Positions 1 to 12,333 of a stretch of 64,000 bases of DNA are shown one piece after another. Numbering within the stretch: position 1 is the stretch's first letter; the number at the start of each line of letters is the position of its first letter. The notes under the pieces are model-generated. The model was not told the origin of the DNA. It saw only the letters and a program-made list of their open reading frames with translations, and searched no databases. Source of the DNA: Lingula anatina (taxonomy: Eukaryota; Animalia; Brachiopoda). The DNA lies in the NCBI GenBank assembly GCA_051362555.1, contig CM120640.1, positions 16,182,001 through 16,246,000 of the forward strand. The letters are read 5' to 3'. A program made the position numbers and the translations under genes.

Positions 1-772
1 CTCTATGTCTGCATGCTCATTTTATTAAAATCAATTAAGGTACCCTATAATTTCCTTTGTTAGCAGTAAACCAGTCTTTTTCAAGCAATAACCATCCTAT
101 GCATTATATACCATTGAAAAGTAATGGCTACAAAACTTGAACTCATTTCCAGTAGCTAAAAATTTCTAAGTAAAAAATGTGAAAGTTCACCTGATTCTGA
201 TCTCTGCCCACAGCATCAAGAGCCAGATCTATTCTGGGAGCTCTAAGTTGCAAAATACAAGGACTGCCTTTTATATATACATAACAAACTCTGCCTCTTT
301 ACCTTAACGACTGCAGTTAGCCCTTGACTCATCAAATGAAACTCACTCACACAGGCTAACTGTTTTAATGTGGCCTCTTATCATCCAGGCCATAAAATAA
401 CGCCCAAGCTATCTTCCCCCTTTTTTTTTTTTTGCATGAATGATAATAATTCTGCAGCATCATTTGATAAAGCTAAATATGACATGAGGCATGTACATAT
501 GTTGAATGTAATAGGTTCTGCAGCCTTAATGGAGAAGGTCACAACACCCGAGGATTTAAAATACTTGACCATACTGCAGAAATCAATACTTCACTGCTTT
601 AAAGCGGTGTAATTCTATCAATATTTTGATAAACACTCCATGACCGAGACTAATTAACACTTAAAATGGATAAAAATGTTATTACTTCACCCACGGGGCT
701 CACTGATTGCTTCAGTAATAAATCCCTTGTCAACTTTTTTATGAAGAGCAGTGTTGAATATATATGAGTCTG

Positions 773-946
773 GGCCATTTCATAAAAAATTTCATTTATT
801 CATTTATTTATTTATTCATTTATGTTTTTATCTCTCAAACTGAACTTTTCCTTAGGTCTTTTTAATTTAATTGGTAAATGTGGTAAACAATTTAAGGAAG
901 GTTAAAAATTATATTACTGAAGGCAAAAATAATATGTGAAATGGCC
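773..946. mobile_element. Probable degenerate MITE, about 175 bp
   Basis: Perfect 10-bp terminal inverted repeats ggccatttca (773-782) and tgaaatggcc (937-946), extendable with mismatches, around an AT-rich non-coding interior. Confidence 0.5.
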
Positions 947-2396
947 TGACATATATTTTCAAATCTTATATAAACCATTCTTAATGAAAAATCATTCTTT
1001 TATGATGCTATCCCCAGAACTTTAAGTTTAGACAGGAGGTATTTCTCTTCAGTACTTGATTTGTTTCTAAGAAGAAGCACCAACTTATAACCAAGTAACT
1101 TAGTATTACTAGTAAACATTTGGTAGAAACACGATACTTCAACCTGCTTTAATAATATTTTCCAAATTCATACCAAAACAAAGATGAGTTTTGAAATAAA
1201 ATTACCTGTTCAAAGCTAATTAGACAATGAATTGGACCAATCTATCGATCAGATTTATACAACAGTAGCTTGACAATGGTGACAGGCATTCTTGTGAATG
1301 TATCTTACCTTTGTCACGGTCCAGCACAGTCAACTAAAAATTTCATGCAACTTTCCTTTTACGCCACTACCAGGAACATACTCCTCATATGACAGACACA
1401 ATGAGAACAAAGCTATGTAAACAACTTCAAATTCCTCAATGTCAATCGAGTGACGTATCTAGATAGATCCTTGGTCAATCCCTTTCATAACATTGCAATA
1501 AATATCTCCATGGCAGAAGCAGCACAGGAGAAAACTGTACACCACACATCCTTGATGATTAAGAGTTGCCACTCTGTAGGTAAAGTACAGTAATTAAATC
1601 ACAAAATCCTTATGGCAGTCCAGGAAGTGTTTCCCTCTATGGCTCAAGAATGTGTGCCCGACCCCTCACTAACCATGTAATAATACCCATATCTCAGGTG
1701 ATAAAGGGTGTTAGAGGAGAGAATAAGGTACACTGATGGTTACCAATGTGGCAGACGTGTAATTAGTGCAATTAAGAGTCTGGGCTTAAGGTCATAGGTC
1801 AGATTCCGTAACCCCATACCTTTAGGTCAGATAGCCTTTGTGAGTACACCAAAGGTGTGCGAGTCAAGAGCCTTAAAAGTTCAGTAGAATACCATATTTT
1901 ATGGGGATATTTCTACTCCTTAAAATCAATGTAATAAATACAGAAGTGAGCAATCAAAATTCCCTTTATAACACTTGATGGTTATTTAGCTTCGAGTAAA
2001 TATTGTATCTTTACATAAAATAGTATGAAGATCAATCTGTCTCCAAATATTACGAAACCCGACCTACCTGATTATGAAAAACATGCTGTGAAATCCAATA
2101 GACGTTGAGGGAAAATTCATTATTTATCTTAAAAGCCATCTACCTTTGACAGTTAAACCTGGTAGATAGCAGAGTCATAAGCCACATATTTCCTACTTTC
2201 CCCGATATATGATAAATGTTGCTATTTATACTTCTGAGTTATTCTCATTCATTTAAATAGCCCAACTTTCTCTAAAGGAAGCTCTCTCAAAGGGCCGGAG
2301 GAAGTTTCACAAAAGCCCTATTCAGTAAAAAATAAATTAGTCACATTTTGACCCAGGCTAAATCTGTATTAGTCCACTTAAAATCAGGATATATGA

Positions 2397-2552
2397 GGCC
2401 AGTTACACAGAGTAGCCTCATTATTTGGATCAATAAAATTTATTAATAGCCACATTTCTAGGCACCACAATAGATTTATCCTGGGATAAAGTTGACCAAA
2501 ATGTTCTCTCCTAAACTTTGGACCAACTAAGGTTCTTTTGTGAAACTAGGCC
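2397..2552. mobile_element. Possible decayed MITE remnant
   Basis: Imperfect inverted ends ggccagttacacaga and tttgtgaaactaggcc (reverse complement ggcctagtttcacaaa). A similar end motif gtttcacaaaa lies near 2304. Confidence 0.3.
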
Positions 2553-3408
2553 AGCATCTTAGCCTGAAAACTTTTGTGCTAAGGTGAACATTTAATCCAA
2601 TAATAAGATAATCCCCATAGTTAATCCAGAGTGCTAGGTTACCTGAAAACTGCACATTGAACAACAGGTGGGCAATGAAACATTGATGTCCCACAGAAGT
2701 TACCACATTGAACAGCAACATAACTGCACCAGGTTATTCAGCATCCACTTTCATAACATCTAACATGTACTAATGAGGCCCTAGACTGGGTGGTCAATAC
2801 TTAATGAGCTTGAAGCCATGAATCGACCAATACACCAATACGGACCAACTTGTAGTCCGTGTATTCCTGGCTACTGGGCTGCGGCACCTGCAAACTATTT
2901 CTACCTGTTGCGATAACTGCTGCAGACTGTCAAACCCGTGAAGATATCCTCTGCATCATGTGCACTCCGAGCTTCCACAAGATAAGACTAGTAACAGATT
3001 CAGAGAATCCAGCAACTTTCAGGAAATCAAGCAATATTATACACTAGAAATAAACCCTCCACATGCTTAATTACATGAACACATGAAATGTCAAAAATAG
3101 CTCATCTGGGTAATTACGAGCACTAATGGGTATCGCAGGCTCTGAAAAAAGATCACCAAAGATCAGGCCACTTTGCAATGTCTGCAATGATAGGTCTACC
3201 ACAATCCAGGCCACAAGAATCTTGGAGCCAGATATAACAGGGAAAAAAATCAGTCATTAATTTTGATCATGCCCACAAACTTCCTCAAGCATTAATCTAA
3301 AACATGATATTTTGTACTTGAAATAATTTACATAGTATAAGAAATGAAATATTCTAAGAGTGCTCATCACAAAATGTAAGTAAATATATCTTACTGTCTA
3401 TGTATACA

Positions 3409-3463
3409 GTGTGTGTGTTTTGTGTGTGTGTGTGTGTGTGCGTGCATGTGTACGTGTGTGTGT
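3409..3463. repeat. Imperfect (TG)n microsatellite
   Basis: Directly visible. Confidence 0.9.
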
Positions 3464-6400
3464 GGGGAGAAGGGGAGAGAAGACGTAAGCCAAACACTTC
3501 AGCTTAAACCAATGCCAACAACTTACCTGGGGAGAAACCTCACTGGGGTCAGCAGCATTTAACCCAGTGGGTGATATAGGAAAAGATCATCTTATCTTAA
3601 ATGCCCACCTGTACACAAGACCAAACACTACACACTCAGTGGGATTAGCCTTTACTTAGCACATGTATCTAGGAGCTTGCATATATAGAGAGCCCAGCAT
3701 AACCCATTCCTGTAACCACACAACAAACCCCACTGAAAATATGGACTTTGTTCTTCTTTTAATAGCTCTGTTCTAACACACAGAGGACTGCCACACACAC
3801 ACTGCACAATATGTCCTATTGTACATTCCTCTCCACCATAATCTCACAATAGTTGGGCATTATAATCTTATTGATTCCCAGAATAGAAATGGCGTATCTT
3901 CATAAGTGAGTGGTGCCATGATGGAGCAAATTCCCTACCTGATCAATCTTTCCCATCTGACAATTTACATAGTATAAACTGACCCTGGCACTGGCTGTTT
4001 GTGGGGACTGCAGCTTCCCATTATCTTGTCACTTTGGATTTATTCTCTTGAAATTAGTTTTCCCTATCCTTACAACCTGGAAACTCAAATTAGCTCAAAA
4101 TGACAACTTTCTGAAAAGATGCTCCTGTGAATTATGGTAACCAATAATTGATTTGATGCTGTGAATTGCCCATCATTGGATTGCTACAACTTATGAATAG
4201 GACACAAATAACAATATATCTGCAACCCATCAGGCTTTTCACTTACTAATCACTTGGAAGTCTTTCATCTAGAAATTGGTTTCACAATGGTTATAATTTG
4301 TCCCTATCTTTTTACACTAAAAACTTGCAACATCTTGATCTGAACTTCATTGTTAAGTATCTGCAAGCAACTCCATTCCGTCTCTGCAAGTGTGACACCT
4401 GCTTGAATTGTATCACTTTACAATGAACACTTAAAATAATTGTTTGTGACATATCAATATCTTGTCTCCCAGAATTTCTAGTTTTCTGACACTTGTTACA
4501 GTGAAGAGTGGCCCTCACAAAGATTGTAACCTCTCATCAACTCGTCAGAGCTGTGACAGGACCACATGCTCCAAACAATACCCACTTACAAACTGCACAA
4601 CGTAATAATTGTTAGTAACCTATCACTTCTAATCACAGTGAACTCACCCCATTCCCAACATGAGCAGGCTACAAATGAGACCAGACAACAGTAGCTTATA
4701 GTATCTCACCATCTTGCCATCTTCAATTTTCCTTTGTCTCCTCAGTATATGTCAAGGCGTATTTCCAAGGAACTTGTGACGGGTTAACTTGGTGCACCAT
4801 ATGATTACAATTATTTGAACTCAGGAAGACATCTTATCCCTCTACTTCCCTGCACACCACCAATGTAATATTCAAGTAAGATAGCCAATATTGGGTTCCC
4901 ACTTTCGCAAATTGTAACCACACAGTCTGCTGATTAAGTAGGCACACAAAGTCACAATATCACGACTTGACTGAAAATGAGACCAGAGTCCAGACCATTT
5001 AATAGAAGTCTGGTCTCAATAAAATGTCTGGCTGTGTTTCTAGTTCAGAGGAAACAGATAAGAATGCTGCAACAAATTAAAAATTACCCCCCCCCCCTCC
5101 CCAAACATCTCATTTGAAAAAAAAAATTATAGAGCTAACCTCTATCAAGTACTTGTTCTATGGAAACTACCAAAACTCCACAAGGCCAGACCAGTAATAA
5201 CAAGACACCAACTTGAATACTGTCCAAATCCCTGTCCAAGGATAGTACAGATGATTGTTGGATAACATTTAGTCTAGTCAAACCCTTGTTATGATAAAGA
5301 AGCCTAGACCACCACAGAACTTGGACCTTGCATAACAAGTGTAGTCAGTAATAAGATCATAACAAGTAATCTAACCAGCACTGACATAGACTTCAGTTGG
5401 GATAAAAGTATGCCTGTCTTTAAATCAACATGTAACAGTGCAGTCCAGTCTGTCGGTAGATGCCAGGCCAACCTCGATGAAACCAGTGTCCACTTTATCA
5501 TTATGTATCATGACACAGTCTAGTCTATGCCACACCAATGCAACACATCACACCATCAATAATGTCCTTTATACCCAACCTGCTGTCCATTGTTTGCTGG
5601 ACACTGATGACCGCTGGTCTCCTCATGCACCAGACCCATAATAGTTAGTCCTGCTGGGAGTTCAAGTGACAACGATGGGTGAGAATGACATTTATAATCT
5701 GACAGCTAATAGATTCCATGACAGGTAAGTAACTGAGACACCTGCAATGATACCAATCCTGTGGTTCTTCTTACCTGGTAACTTTCTATTCAAGTATTGA
5801 TTGATGAATTTTGGACTTGTGTACAACCTAATTCTGACAATATCATCAACACCTGATGGAACAGACTCTCCAATAATGACAACTGTAACTGTAGGTTTTC
5901 TCAATATGATACAATGGCTGTCTGGGCTCTGTTTATCAACCAGCTCTTACAGCCTTACTTGTTGAAATTAAACTGGTGAATAACTATGGAATACCTACAA
6001 AGTAAACACCCCACCCACTGGGAACTGATACAGGTCCTGTTGTCCAGAAGTCGTGTCCAATATCACTATTGTGTAGACACACACATCCATATACAAACTC
6101 TCTTTCTAATAATGTGACTCACCCTCATGTACCCGAGTCCACTACTACCTTCAGCCTAACCTAAAGAGCAAACATTCACTAATCCATACCAGTGATTAAA
6201 CCCTGGTGACGTAATGACACCAAGTCAGGAATCACAAAAGCAATTAAAATGACATCTAATTAACATCAAAATGGATTCCTGTCATGTTTTGGTAAAGACT
6301 CACAGCCGACCACAGGTAACTTCAATGAAATATGTAAATAGACTTACCTGACCTAAATACCAAATACACAGAACTCATTAGAGATAACTGCTTGTAATGT

Positions 6401-7547
6401 TAACACTTGCGTAATATCACTTTTAAATCTTTCATCTACTTCGTCATTAATAAACGCCACCTCCACTTTTCACAGGCAACTTTGTACCTTCTTTTTCATG
6501 AATTGTCCTTACAAAAACACCAAAGAACAACATCAACATTCCTTGTGTTTGCTTAACTGTATGCACTTTATTGAACTATTCAATAATCAATCACTTTTGT
6601 GACCAATGGTGCACTTAACTTTTCATACGTGCTGACACAGCTGCCCTTGCAACATTTAAAAGCCGCCATTAAAATATATATGTGGCAATTATGCCATATC
6701 TTTAATATATCTGTATACCATGAATACATTACATACCCAGCCTCCAGTAAAATATATATAAAGCCATTAAATGCCAAACAATGCTGTGGGCCTTTTATGC
6801 ATATGTATTAATGGATTGAACATCAAGGTAACATAAAGGCTTGATTAAATGCTGGTATAAATTCATTCAAATAAGCATGTTTACCCTGAACATTACATTA
6901 TCATACTGAAATTTTTCCAGTGGATATGACATTGGTTTCATTGATTTGTAGAAAGCTGACCTCAAGTTAAGGAAGAAAGAGGGTCACAAGTCTCTATGAC
7001 GCATCCTTTCCTTTCAAACTCTGTAAGGAGATCAATGGACAACCTCACTCAACTAAGGATTCCATTTTCAAAAGTGATTTTCATTTCCCAATGATGAAAT
7101 AACTTTTTCTCCTAATAAACCTAAATATGACAGCAGAGTCCATTCAGCCATATGCGAGATTCACATTTCAACTTTCATTGCTTATTTATGTAGTCATGGA
7201 AAACAGCACATTATAATAGTTACTACAACTGGTATTTCCTGTTATTTTTTCAACTGAACATAACACACTCTTCCATTTAGTTTTTGTCATGTAAACTTAC
7301 TCCAACTGCAGCTGTTGACGGGTTTCCTGCCAGACAAATTATAACACTCCACCACGCCATCAGTACTGAAAGTGCCTCCAACCCCATCCACAAAAACCAC
7401 CTTACAAACCTTAATTAAATTCCCAAATACTGTTCCAAGACAAGTACAGCTTTTCCGTCAACTGAGCTGAACATTGATCGAAGGCACAAAGACGTTTTTT
7501 CAAGCACCAGAAAGCCAAAGCTGGACTATAGCTGCAAGCTCCGTGCT

Positions 7548-7571
7548 AGCTGCTGCTGCTGCTGCTGCTGC
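7548..7571. repeat. (GCT)n trinucleotide repeat, about 7-8 units
   Basis: Directly visible; not within any identified exon. Confidence 0.9.
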
Positions 7572-10500
7572 CACGGCCATTAGCATAAGCCCAGTGGATG
7601 AGTCACGACCCAAGACCTTTCCAGTCCTGGTGCAGAGATGACATTCCAAAATAATTGCTATCCCTGGAGCTACTTGGAGTCTTCACTGCCTGACAAATGA
7701 TTAAGCTCACATGCAGATGGCAGGAGACAAACGAGTGGCAGACATACATATATACATACAGCTGCTCAACATAAAAAGAAAATGCTGATTATTACCCTTC
7801 CTTTTTGCTCGCAAGTTCACTTAAAGTTACATAGATTTGTTGTTGTCAAAGCAGCCTTCAGAAACATGAGCAAACTTTGAAGGACAAGGTCGATATCTTT
7901 TATTGTATCTTCTCCAGTCAGAGTGGAGACATACCTGAACGTATACATGATGTCTTCTTATCTGATCATAAACTAAAGAATATTTGCAACCCTACTCCAG
8001 TTATTTCATTTTACAACCCATAATATACTGAGTGCAGGTGGCAATTTGCGTCGCATTTGGGACTCCGTAAAATAACAAAGCTTGTTTTCTGCTAGACAAA
8101 TGTTACTTTGGATAATATCATTATCATTAAATTGTTTTACTAAGTTGAACTTCAGTCAAAATAAAAGAAAAACACCCATCTGGTTAAACATTTCTAGGGA
8201 CACATTTTCTTCTGGTTCTTGGTTCTTATGAACTGATTTTATGACTGTATGTCCATTCTCCTCTGAGGTCAAAAGGTTTGCATTAAGAGGAGATGCCTTA
8301 TCTCCCTGAGTGAAGCAGACGCCCAACTTGAGTTAAATTTTAATCTATTAATGACACAGCTTGAACATGATCCGCCCCTTTGCCACTGCAGCAACAGTAT
8401 TACAGAAATGGTTTCTAAATGATGGATGTTTCTCTGGCTTTGCCTTTCCAGCTTTAAAAGTGTCATAAATCAAACCCACACTTTTGAGTCTTTGATCTAC
8501 ATAAACCAGCATTTAAAACATTTCCACGCAAAATAAGCAGCCCAAGAATACACACAGCTTCTATCAAATTACAAGCATATTATTTGCACTAAGACTCAAA
8601 TGTCAAGCAAATAGCACTTGGAATATTGATACAATTTGGTCAGCCTGTTATTATAAAATCGAATAAATCTATATTTTGAATGGGACTGCAGTGTTAAGAG
8701 TAGAATACAATATTCAGGTAATCAATTGCTTACAAATGGCTCAACTTCAATATCAATTGTGAACCCTAAACATGACCCTTAATACAGTGTGATAGAGGCA
8801 CAGGTCCATCATTGTTCCCTGCCCTTCTCACGTGAACCCACCATAACAGATGAATAGCCAAGATATTCAACATAATTCTACACTTCTGCTCAGTAGGCAT
8901 GAACAAAGATTTCTATCATTTGCCACCACAGAAAAAAAACATAACCCACAAGGTTGTTAAACTGTATTTGAGGTTGTCTTTTAGATTTCTGACAGCTGCT
9001 AGGGTTCTTGACTTGACAGTATTGCTTACAAGCTGTGACTGTCCTTCATTTTAGACATATAAATATTCTGCCAAAATAATATTCAGAAAAACTGACTATT
9101 TTCAGCCAATCTTCTATTGCCACAACTACCAACTTGGCCCTGTAACTCAATAAGTGCAGCACCTATAGAGAGGTTGTGAAGAAATAAAAGTGCCAGGCAT
9201 TTAAGAAAGCTAGAAAACAAATGTTGAAAGAAAGGGTTCAATCGAATACCATAGTGATAAGAACACACAAAAATGCAACCCCTCTCAAACACCTAGAGAT
9301 TTTACAAAGTTTTATATTTAAATGCCCTAATTGTTCGCTTTCCTTTACCAAATTACTGTCAAGAAGATGCGCATGCAACTACTTAAGGTCTAAAATTTTT
9401 TATCATCTCAAAATGTTCTTTTCTTGACACATCAATCCAAGTGGCTATTCACAATTAGCCATGGTCCAAAAGGTTGTGGCATTTCTATCCAGAGATCAAA
9501 CTTCTGAGCATTGTGTACTATTTGATCAGTGCATCCCTTTTCTGTGGAGCACTTCTAAATTTAACTCTTCCAATCTTCTAAGAGTATTACATTTAAACCA
9601 TCAAGAGTTCTCAATCAGAAAGCTGATTTCTGCCAGTTTGCACAGGGACCTAATTCCTAAAGGAAATTCAATTTTACCTAAACTGCCACAGATCCCAATT
9701 CAATTACACCAGATCATATTTCTGTTGTGAAGTATATTAAACCAAATGCATACATTTGCCGGGCGGCTAAATAAACTGCTTTACCCTTTCTTGTGACATA
9801 CTGCTTGTGTTCTAATCACTAAAAGAATGGGGCCACTAAAAAGAATTATGCCTGGCAAAGGATAGAATTCTTGACTCTGAACAAACAGACTGCACAAGAG
9901 TTTAAAATCAGCTGAGCTTTTCGAAACATAAGGATCCTTCACTAAATCAGAATCAAAGGCCCTTTCATCTACTCTTCTCTTTGTTCAATGTATGTCAAAT
10001 ATCTTGGCTCTGAAGCCGACTTTCATCATTGAAAGAATATAAGACATTAATATTACATCCGGCGTTAATGATATACAAAAGTAAACTGTTTCTAAATGGA
10101 CTAAACATGTTTTCTACCCATGAGGTGTGTTGCCTCGATCCTTCAACAGGGCCTTCCATGAGTGACTTCTCTACCTCTCTGATATTAAATATGTTTCTAA
10201 AGACTCTTTAGAACCAATTAACTTTTTTATCATCTTTATACTAAAGACAATGAAAAACCTATTTATTTATTAACAAATACTCTTTCAAAACAAAATCTTT
10301 AAGGAAGTTCACTAAATTTTATCTGACCCTCTGATAAGCAAAAAAGAGTTGCTGATAATCAATTTTTCGAGTGTACTCAGTAACATTAACGACAGGCACA
10401 ACTGTAAACAAACAGGAACATAATTAGTAACATGATGGCAAGCTGAGACCTGTAGACTTAAACATACATCCCCATAATTTATCATAACAGCTTGAAATTG

Positions 10501-11696
10501 TAATAACACCAAACACTGATAACTATCCACAAAATTCTCATCAGAAAATGATTTAGAGAAAAGCTAAGGATACAAGCTAGACTATGAAGTCCATTTAAGG
10601 TAAGTTTCAAACTAAAATCATGATCGTAAGTTGACACAAAAGGTAAGATACACTCAAAAATATTTATATATAAATGCCTTGTATAATTTGCTCCTTGTAG
10701 AACCAAGTATATTGCAATGCCATAACCTCTAAAAACCAAAGATTACTAAGAACACATTTTCCATCTGTCTTTTGACACTCTTGCTATAAAAACTAACAGA
10801 AGCAAATATTATATGAAATGACAATAGGTCATCTAAATTATTAGGAAATGCATAGTTGCAATATCTCTCATAGTAACCATGCATATATCTAATCACTAAC
10901 AATGCACAGATAAATCCGTAATCTATGACCACAAATATATCAGTATCTGCTAGGCTCATTACACTGAGTGACCTGTGGCAGCTGGAGACATTTGAATCTG
11001 TTGTTCCAGGTGGTATGCATTCACCTGTATATCTTCGCACAGATGGAAATTTCCTTCCTATACTACATGGACAGGTGAAAAGTTCTCAGTCATCAAATAG
11101 GGCTGCCCATTCAGTAGGGATATCAATACCCCCTTACTCTATACACACACGAGCAGACTGAAGTAATTTCTTTTTTCATGTGACATGGTAAAAATCAATA
11201 ATTTACAAAGACTCCTTATAAAAACATTTTAAATGTATGCCTAGTAGCAATTCAACTAAAAACTGTGTACATCTCCATCAATGCATGGCATGGCATGGCA
11301 ATGCATGCTATCTAACACAGCTAACTGCAATATCAAATGTAAAACTACTAGCTGCTACTGTAATAAGAACCATTTGGCACGTTTCCGTTCTTATAATGAA
11401 ACAATATCCAACAATATACCGGCGAATAACTAAAACATATAAAGCCATAATTTGCCATACCATAAAGAACCCAAGCGTGCCTCTTCAATGGCAACTTCAT
11501 GAAACGCCTGATAATATCATCAAACAACAGCGCAGTACTTAGTAGTGGTACTAATATATTTTATTATGAGCATGCCTCTCAGTCTCATCTCAATCTGTTT
11601 AAAACGTCTATTTTAAAACGTATATTACAATGTACGCTATTTCCACGTACTAAAGTCACCGTAAACCTGTTGATAGTATTCACTCTCAATACTTAC

Positions 11697-11830
11697 GCAT
11701 CCCATCTTGGTTACCACGTGCGTAGAACCAGGTCGTAGTAAGCTGCTGTTTACACTTGATTCACAGCTTGTCTCCCTTGATCACTCATCCTTGTCACCAG
11801 CGAGTAGATTGATTAGATTTCACCCCTATC
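11697..11830 (-). other. Candidate first exon of an unidentified minus-strand gene divergent from NUP35
   Basis: The minus strand reads accaagATGGGATGC|gtaagt, a consensus donor (exon ends 11697), about 300-600 bp from the NUP35 promoter. The 5' boundary is approximate. Confidence 0.35.
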
Positions 11831-12009
11831 TTCAGAGGAAATATTCCTTAATAACACAATTCTAGATCATGATAAGCAAGACTTATAGTTCTAAATTTTC
11901 ATACTGCAAATATAGAGATTTTTTACATTATAAAACCATAGTGTCAAGGGTTCTATTACAAAATATTCAATTGTGATTTATTCATAAATTAGGTATCCTG
12001 TCTACTAAA

Positions 12010-12333
12010 ATCAACAGCCCGGAAGCAGGTGCGTGCTTTTGTAACGGAACGTATGATTGGTCATGTCAGGATATGCTATTATATGGAATCTGGCACGAAA
12101 CTGCAATAATGTACACGGAGAATATAAACGTTTACCGAATCAAAGTATAATGTGTCCAACATATTGAAGCTCCATATCAATTTATGTCAATATTCTATTT
12201 TTTTACATTGGCTATTGGCATAAGTTTCATTTCGTCTATTCTTTGTTTTGCCAAACAATGTTACTTCCGGGAAATTCGATTTGAAGGCAAGGTGCCACAG
12301 TCCGAAGCTGTCGTTAAGAACATTATTGCAGCA
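12010..12333. promoter_or_regulatory. NUP35 promoter, possibly bidirectional
   Basis: CpG-containing segment in an otherwise CpG-poor sequence, directly upstream of the NUP35 ATG. ETS-type CCGGAAG near 12019, ACTTCCGG near 12263 and reverse CCAAT (GATTGG) at 12055-12060. Confidence 0.55.
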
